Assembly (NCBI GenBank): GCA_003344405.1
Contig: NOWV01000143.1
Location: 124,001 to 188,000, forward strand
Length of the DNA stretch: 64,000 nt
Direction: 5' to 3'
DNA from: Trichoplax sp. H2
Taxonomy: Eukaryota
Part shown: positions 55,634-64,000 of the stretch, piece after piece
How the letters are laid out: every line of letters starts with the position of its first letter
How positions within the stretch are numbered: the first letter of the stretch is position 1
The notes under the pieces: model-generated
Seen by the model: only the letters and a program-made list of their open reading frames with translations
What the model was told of the DNA's origin: nothing
The model's database searches: none
Made by a program: the position numbers and the translations under genes

Positions 55634-55840
55634 TGTCACAAACCCGCTTCGTGACAAGGATAACGTAAAATAAATCTCTAAACTACTAAAGTCTACGGGA
55701 TTCGGTATCACTTAACTATCTCACAAGAATTTAGATGCCTTAGTTTCTAAGTTAAACGAATACAGAATTCCGATTTTACTCAGCTATCCACCGAGCTTAA
55801 TACCCTCCAGCAACAGCTATCATGAATGAGTCATCATAAG
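55634..55840 (-). mobile_element. Dispersed repeat, possible solo-LTR relic (copy B)
   Basis: Reverse-complement homologue of 27920-28135. Begins tgtcacaaacccgcttcgtgacaagga on the + strand. Confidence 0.55.
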
Positions 55841-58800
55841 ATTATGAAAGTTAGTTCATACTGGATAGCTAAATTAATACACAGATATTTATAATCGTAA
55901 ATATGTACCGAATGATTCTAGATAACTAGATGTCGTGATGTATCCGTATTGGGTTATACTAGGATATGTATACTATGCAGTGTAAGTCGCTATGTCAAGA
56001 ATAATCACAAGTGCACCATCGGCGTAGGCCAAGACTGTAAAAGCCGAGCACTAGCTTAGCTGCTCAGTTCCATTTAGTCACTTGCAGGGTCACTTGACTA
56101 CTATTGCTAAGAATATTCTTATATTTTTCTTTAATACATTTTACGACTAAGATTAACGTAAATAAAGTGAAGTATTTAAACCTATTAATCATAAGTAACT
56201 TATTTGTGTAGCTGAGAGTTAGTTCAACTACGATAGGTCCCTAAGTTAGTTGGGAACACGAGTACTAGTGAAGTTAGTGTTTAAGATCCGTTTTCGAGTT
56301 ACAAAGGAGAATTGTAACAATTAGATGATTGCTAACTACTGTATTAGAAATTGTTGATGACTAATAAAAGCTAGTTTAATAATTACGGTACAAGATTTAT
56401 ATAGCTAGAAACTTAGTAGTTGCTAAGATTCCCTTCGGAGAAAAGGGCCTAGATGTTAATAGAAGAGTAGTGACATCTTAAAAAGAATGATTTAGATTAT
56501 AGAAAATAATGATGTACCATTAGAGAAAAGTATTTTATTTGATGACTCGTATCTGATTATAGATTAATCAAGTTGTCATAAATGGATTTAACGAAATGCA
56601 TACAGGAACTGCAGAGATGAGCTCATGGAGAGAAGAGACTTCACTTCGCTTTGAGCTCCGAAAGCTTTAGATTTTAGAATAGATTCTTGTAGTAATTAAT
56701 TCTTGCTCTACTATTCCTAAAGCCTTGTAATAAAAGCCTTTTAGAAAATACTATTTGACTAAGATAGTTATTGTGAGACGCATTTATTAAACTAGATTAC
56801 AGATTTACATTCATAGAGTTATTTATGGTATCGACTATAATTGAATATCTTCAAGATATTAATCACAAGCGTCACAAGACATGACATTATAATCAATTAA
56901 CATCAGCTACCATATAAGAACTCTTACTACCGTGCGGTATAATATAATGTAACCAATAATAACTATCATGGTTCTTACTATAAGCTATTAATAGTTATCA
57001 CTATATATAAGTACTAATTCAGTAAATTTAGTCTTTTATTTCTATACAGAAGTTCGTACGGTAACAAATATTTATTTGTCATGTTTTAAAGACGCTGTAC
57101 CACTTTAATTAATTTATTGCTCTAAAAATAAATAACAGTGCATGTGTAATAAATCGGTGTCATGATCAATAGTCCGTAATATACTGTGCAAAGGCTTCAG
57201 TAAAGAAACATCTTGAGATCAGTAACCTCATTACTTAGTAAGTAACATCATACGCTTTATCTACTTTAGCGATTGAAGTGATTATCACCTATTTCTTCAA
57301 ATCTTAATTCGTTTCATCCAATAGTTTATATTTCTATCAAGCAAGTGCTCAACGTTCTCTTACGGGTTGGGGTAATAGTCTTCAGAGGATTTTGCGCCTA
57401 GAATTGCTTTATTACGGATAATTTTGCATAAGTATGATACTAGATTAATTGTGTAAGAATCGGATGCCTGCCATATTGTGACTCTTTCTCAAAGTTCATA
57501 TTCGATTACGATTACATTTGCAATTACCAAATACCGCTTAACAATTTATTGTAATAGAAAATTTCAACACAAGATTTTGTAAATAGCGGAAATATGTATA
57601 ATATAATATACTGTATTTCTATTATTTAGCGAAACTCGTAGAAATTTCACTGTATGTAACAGATTAACGCACATTTATTCGCATAAATATGATTTGATAG
57701 CACTTACTGATTAAATATCTTTTCATAGCCGTAGTGTTTCCGTATCCAAATCATATTTAGTGTACATTATTTTTGCTCAAACTTGAGCGTGAATTTTAAG
57801 CCTATAGTGCAGCCCGAAGTATAGCTTAAATATTGATTGTATGATTGTATGAGTATTGTAACCCACGTGTTAATTAGTCAGATAGATACCCTTGTAAGTT
57901 CCAAATTGTAGAATGTAAGATTTTATAAGTGAGCATTCGTGTTAGTAGTTACAAAGTAGCTTGTAGTAGTTGTTAGAGATGCTGTATTGGGAGATCTTCA
58001 TACCTTAAGATACGCTAGTAACGAAATGCTAATCTAATTAAAATAAATATTGATCCCTATTTCCTCGTGATACTCTGTAACTAAATGTATATAAACAGGA
58101 TATTTTATCTCCGAAGTTTAGTTAGTTGTAGCTAATCTAGCCCTTGGTAGAAGACGTAATTTATACTCAAGATACGGAAGTCTTGCTTAAAGTTAGACAC
58201 TTTATCACAAAGTCAAATTGGTCATCATATGAGTTGCATCGTTTCTAAGTTTATAGTATATTACTTAGACTTGTGTCACGAAGTAGCTTTAACTTTATTT
58301 CTAATATGAACAGTTTGCATTTACTATTAAAGTAATCATTCATTTTTCGTAACTTCCATATTTATAAAGCATTTGAAACCATTTTACACTGCAATACTCA
58401 CCATATCAGCAATAGAATTCTAGATTTATGCTTGGCGATTAGCAAACTTTATTCTATAGATAACGATATTCCATATACGGATCAGTTATACACTTTTCCA
58501 AGCATATTATGGATATAGTAAGCCTCTTATCTTCGTTTAAGACATACTATATGCAATAAACAATACCAGCTGTAAGTTTATTAAATAATAAAACTAGTAC
58601 ATCTTGTTAACTTTAATTTAAGAACAGTTAGAAAATGTAATAAATTATATAGGCGAATTTGTTTCATAGTTTAAGTTAGCGGCAATGCAATAGTAATTAA
58701 GGATGAGAAACTTAATACGGGTACATCACTCTTATTTTATTTTTTAGCCTTTTAGCTTATGTACGAACTATAAGTTTAGCTATAAACTAGCATACAGGTT

Positions 58801-58870
58801 GAGGTTAAATGTCCACATCTAATAATATAGTATTGGTCTTAATACTATTTCGTTGAGCCGGTGAAATCAA

Positions 58871-59926
58871 CTATTTAGTCGATGTTTTCCGCAAGCAGCC
58901 GCCACTATCACGAATAATAAATAGTGTTGATGTTCTGCGAATAGGAATAATGGTAGAAGTAAATTTTATCGATTTAATACTTTGACGAAAAGATGGACTT
59001 GATGCCATATATATAAAAGGATTCCACACCGATGAAGAATAAGCAATCATTCTAAATACAAATGAGATATTGGCCATGATAAAATACAAGGATGGATCTT
59101 GTTTAAATCTTGTACGAAGCGCTACATCCATAAATAGTAGAGTATAAAATCCAATACTAGATAAAATATAAACTAGCAGAACAATAAATGCCGTCTTTGC
59201 GCGACGTTTAGCGTAACAAAGTTGATGTGCATTAGGCTGTAGATGGATAGGTAATTGATTTAATTTTCGTAGTACTTTACCAATGACAATATAAGAAACG
59301 ATTCCAGAAATCAAAGGCATAAAAAATTGTATTATCATACCAGAAATTAAATAAGTTATAGAAGACTGTGCTTGCATACGGATATAGCAATATTGATAGG
59401 GTGTTAAGGTCAAAAAATGAATTTGAGGCGAAGCGAAGGTAAAGCTGAAAATCCAAATTAGACAAATAACTAAACCAATAGCTTTAGTACTACACCAACG
59501 TTCGAAAAAGAACGGTTTTGCGATAGCTAATGAACGATCAATACTAACTACGACTAACGTTAAGGCAGAAACGATAATAACCGTTGTTTGGATTACAGGT
59601 ATAGCTTTGCATAAAAAGAGACCATAATAAAAATAACCTTTATTTAACATAATTGTTCCTGTAAACGGAATGGTAATGGCTAATAGAAAGTCTGCGGTTG
59701 CTAAATTGCAAAATAACATAAACATATTAGTGGATCGTAAGCTACGTGATAGCAGAATTACTATAATAATAGTACTATTAGCGATAAATCCGCCAGCAGC
59801 TATGATATAGCTTATGATAGCATGCATCACAAAAGGGATTGGTGCTATAGCATCCGAAGATCGTAAATTCGCTGAAGTGGTTAATAAAAATGATCCATTG
59901 CTGTCCGGTAGAGATGTCATAGTCAT
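58871..59926 (-). CDS. Single-exon class A GPCR, peptide-receptor-like (351 aa)
   Basis: Complete 7TM ORF: N-terminal NGS sequon, TM1 AN, LRSTNMFMLFCNLATAD, LCK, SALTLVVVSIDRSLAI.KP, TM4 W..S...P, FFMP, AYSSSVWNPFIY..S..FR. Confidence 0.92.
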   Translation of the reverse strand: MTMTSLPDSNGSFLLTTSANLRSSDAIAPIPFVMHAIISYIIAAGGFIANSTIIIVILLSRSLRSTNMFMLFCNLATADFLLAITIPFTGTIMLNKGYFYYGLFLCKAIPVIQTTVIIVSALTLVVVSIDRSLAIAKPFFFERWCSTKAIGLVICLIWIFSFTFASPQIHFLTLTPYQYCYIRMQAQSSITYLISGMIIQFFMPLISGIVSYIVIGKVLRKLNQLPIHLQPNAHQLCYAKRRAKTAFIVLLVYILSSIGFYTLLFMDVALRTRFKQDPSLYFIMANISFVFRMIAYSSSVWNPFIYMASSPSFRQSIKSIKFTSTIIPIRRTSTLFIIRDSGGCLRKTSTK

Positions 59927-60470
59927 TTTTTCTCTTCACCGTTAGTATAGATGAAATAATTTGATTAGGGTAACTTAATTGATGCTATTTCTGAAAATAA
60001 GATTAAATTTATTATAAGATAGCCAGACTATTAACAATTTAATAAGGAATCAAGAAAACTGCAAATTATAAATGATTTTAAAGTACTGAATACATAAATA
60101 ATATTAAACTTTTCAAACGTAAGGCTAGAATCTACTTTAAGTCTTAAAGGTTTTACTAACTGTTATTACAGAGAAAGCAAAATGCATGCATTAAGAATGA
60201 AGTATATGATTCACTGCAACGATTTTCCTATTATAACTACAGGTTTAGATGCTATTCGAGTAAAAATTCATATAAGAACTTATAATTTGATAATATATAG
60301 TAAGAAAGTCGGCGCACTTCTAAGTTTGCTTCTGTTTTTCCTATAGTATATTATATTGATAAATTCTGATTATTCTAAAATTCTTTTCAAGGTTTTATTT
60401 ATGTTAATAATGGCTCATAGGTACCGTTGAATGCTTTTTTTATTTTCCAGTAAACTTGAATAGAAATTGT

Positions 60471-61715
60471 TTTTCTTTATATTTAGTGCTATCGAATCGC
60501 ATTACTGTTGTCCATGTAAGTGTGTCTATGATGGGTGCTATTCATAAATAGATAATGGTAGTTGAGATATCTTGAATATTTACTCGCTAAAATTTTAATA
60601 TAATATCATTAATGGCATGTTCGAAATGGGATTAGGCTTCATTATTTAATTAATTAATAAATACATTTATATGTATATGATTATATTATAATTCGTGACC
60701 GCTAGAAACAATGGCCTCTTGAATAGTACTAAAAAATATAGCGTATTAGATTGTTGTAATAATGGCGTATACGAAGATTATCTAATATACTTACAAGTGT
60801 AATATACTTCGAGAAACGATTCTAATTAATTTCTCTTAAAATTCTCTTTCGCAAATAGACTTAGGGTTATTTTATCTTATCGTCATTTTGGCTATCTTTA
60901 ACCAAATATCTTTACTATCTATCAAAAAATAGAACTAAAGGATCAAATTTCTATTTTATAGATTAACAATAACGGTAAGTGATCGTGAAATTTTTAATTT
61001 TCAAATTAATAAGATCTAAAATTGTGTTTATACTGTGTCTTCGAGTAATTCTAGCGCTTAGTTTCAAATATTAGATTACGAGTCGTGGTTATTTAATCTG
61101 CAGCCCATAATTGACTTCGCCAAGGAATGCTTTTAGTTAGAATTTAAGATATCCATTGATAGTGGCTAAACTAGTATTTACAGTATTATTCAAATTTTGG
61201 GACGATTGATGAAGGATTAGACTATCTTGATATAATTGGGTATCAGACCAACAAGTTACTGACGTTTCAAAAATATTAGAAGCAGACACGGAGGTTTTAC
61301 AGTCAACTTATTATTATACTCGTATAATGCATGTGATATTCTAAAATTATTGTATATTATAAAATTTGCACGGGGGTTATTAAAGTTTTGACTAGTCATA
61401 CGAAAATTTAATATATTCGGCTATTTCAATAATTTCTTGCCAATGTGTTAATATGATCTGTAATTATTTTCCTTTATATTTGGTGCTATCGAATCGCATT
61501 ACTGTTGTCCATGTAAGCGTGTCTATGATGGACACTATTCATAAATAGATAATGGTAGTTGAGACACGGATACCTTTCAGTCAACTTATTATTATACTCG
61601 TATAATGCATATGATATTCTAAAATTAGTGTGAACTTCTACATAATAAAATAAAATAAGGTTTGACTGGTCATACGAAAATTTAATATCTTCGGCTATTT
61701 CAATAATTTCTTGCT
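60471..61715. repeat. Local duplication with structure A..B-A'B'
   Basis: A 60471-60567 matches A' ~61467-61564. B ~61284-61445 matches B' ~61562-61715. Confidence 0.8.
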
Positions 61716-64000
61716 GATGTATTTATATTACGAGAAATTACAGTACTCATAGAGTGGCAACTTATATATTTGGAACTGTCAATATGCGATTTGAAGTTGC
61801 GTAGTTAACCTTAATCAATAAGCAGATGTTCAGTAAACTAATTATTTAAATTTTTATAAACAGGAAGAATCAATGTCATGACTACTTGAATATTTTACCC
61901 GTAAGCCACCTTTAGTCTGAAATGATTTAATATCTAATTCATTAGAAATTTTATACCCTTGAGCTCCAATAATATGGTTATAAGAATCAAAAATATAATA
62001 TTTTGTGGGCGAAAATTATCATACATGGCCTAAAATTAGAAGCTCTGCGGCCTTACCGGATATGATATGTTATCGTGATGTCAGAAGTTGACAGTGAAAA
62101 GCCCGCATTGATTATAGAGTACAGTTATTTCCTAAATTACTTTACGATTTTAATTATGTTCGAAAAATTAATTTCATCATCACCTGAATGTTTATAACTG
62201 TTATCATATTGTATAGTTAAGTAGACTATTCCAATAATCTGTCATCTATATTTCATAATAAGTCTATGTGAATAATTATATAAAATTAAAGTTAATACTA
62301 CACATTAGCATGATATTTACAACGTAAAATTTCAGCACGCTCATTTAATCCCTGTGCACTAGAATCGTAAGTAAATTTAATGAAGATCTTTGTATTCTAC
62401 AAATTAGATTGTTTAAAACTTTCATTCTGGTTCAAATTGAAGCCTTGTAAATTCCTTACGTAATAGATTGTAGATGAAAGTTGTTACTACAGAAATTAGT
62501 TCATATGTTTTTATCCTAGTATACAGTACTGAATAGGATAAAAAATAGCACATATCAGAAAATAATAGTATATACTAGTTTCTATCAGTCATAGAAATAT
62601 GTATGTATTACCTATCCATATATAAAAGTAGTTTCAAGATACCATGTGCAACGATAAAAAGTCTGTAGGTAAAGAAGATTGTTGAAACTGTGAACAATAG
62701 CTATCGTTGGATTAATAGATAAAGTTCGTTATTATAGGGCTTGAATGACAGTTAAATATCATTTTTCAATGTTGTACACTAAATAAAATGAAATAGTCAT
62801 ACAATTGAACTTTGTTATTTAATAGATGTTTAATTTATTTGGCTAATATCTAATAACTTATATTATTTCTCTAATAATGTTCATGTTCTAAACGTATTGA
62901 GAAAGCCTAAATACGACGATGTCATTCGCAAGCATTGTAGAATAGATGCTATAGAAGAAAATTTGTAAATTTAGATTAAAAAAGGAATGAGAAGTAAACT
63001 AAAAGCATGCTAAGCTTGCTTTCAAATGATGATGATAAAATTCATAAATTCGTAATGCTGTCATAATTACAAACATTAGTTATCCCTTTTTAGTTATTTA
63101 AATCAGGTGATATTATATGAAATTATAGTTCTGGATATTTATTGTTGATGTTATGGAGATACAGAGGTAAAAATTTCGTTGCAATCCAAATCAATCATAT
63201 AATATTACATATTTACTACTGAAAACGATTACATTATAGTTCTTAGATAAATCGTTTTGTAATCGTACACTCATCAGGGTAAGAATCGTAAACCGTTAAA
63301 TTCTTCTATATTATTTGGCTGGTAAATTTATAATTGCAATTTATGTGATACCGGTACAAAATTTACTATAAATCCATATGGAGGCAAGATTGTATATATT
63401 TTGGTACTATTAAAATTTTTTAGAAGGTAAAATAAATGCATTATGATGGCTATTTCGTCAAAGAACTGAATACATACCTAGAAATTTACGTCATAGAAAG
63501 TTTTTTGATTATTTTTTTTACCAACTTTTACATTTTATGAATAATTTAATTATAATTAAAAAGTGGCATAAAATTGTTGCCACCATACCAATTATGATTC
63601 GCGATCAAAGCTGAAAAAAGCATATATTTTGTTTTGGTTGATTTCAGATTTTTTGATATCAACTGTGTTGTAAATTACCTTGGATAGGGATGATCACATT
63701 TATTGTAGCTATTGTTGAGAATATTCTTACAGCATTTCTCGTTAACCTTAAATGACGTCACGAAGGCAAAATAGACATATTCGAATGGCTTGATTTGTTT
63801 AATTTTGGGCTTTAATCCGATTGCATGATATCAAATTTAAAAAGCAGCAATATGCAAGCATTATTATAATAAAACAAAGGCTAAAATTGCTTTCGTTGCT
63901 GGATGCCAGTAAACTTTGGATAAAAGATTGATGCGCAATTCGCACCATATGTGAACATTCTTTGTTGCGTATATTACAGATACTTGAAGTAATATTTTAG

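Noticed and set aside
57850-58285. Possible additional solo LTR (tgtaac start, tatataaa, tgtcacgaag)
   Set aside because: No clear terminus, TSD or alignable second copy in the window.

Overview
AT-rich eukaryotic genomic DNA with short GT-AG introns and three 20-N gaps. The gene content and compact architecture point to a non-bilaterian animal, most likely a placozoan such as Trichoplax (inference, not proven). The left ~16 kb holds three spliced housekeeping genes reconstructed by hand: a 15-exon catalytically intact myotubularin of the MTMR6/7/8 group (+), a 9-exon UCHL3-like deubiquitinase with a 12-nt micro-exon (-), and a 3-exon gene whose product resembles Pam17. Pam17 is a mitochondrial import-motor subunit usually described as fungal and absent from animals, and it is the most striking find here. 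From 19.9 to 49.5 kb lies a tandem array of five two-exon class A GPCR paralogues (3 intact, 2 disrupted) with non-canonical activation motifs. An unrelated single-exon peptide-receptor-like GPCR follows on the - strand. Also present: a compound satellite in MTMR intron 1, a 4 x 286-bp tandem repeat between divergent promoters, LTR-like relics, small local duplications, and probable haplotype duplications beside the gaps.
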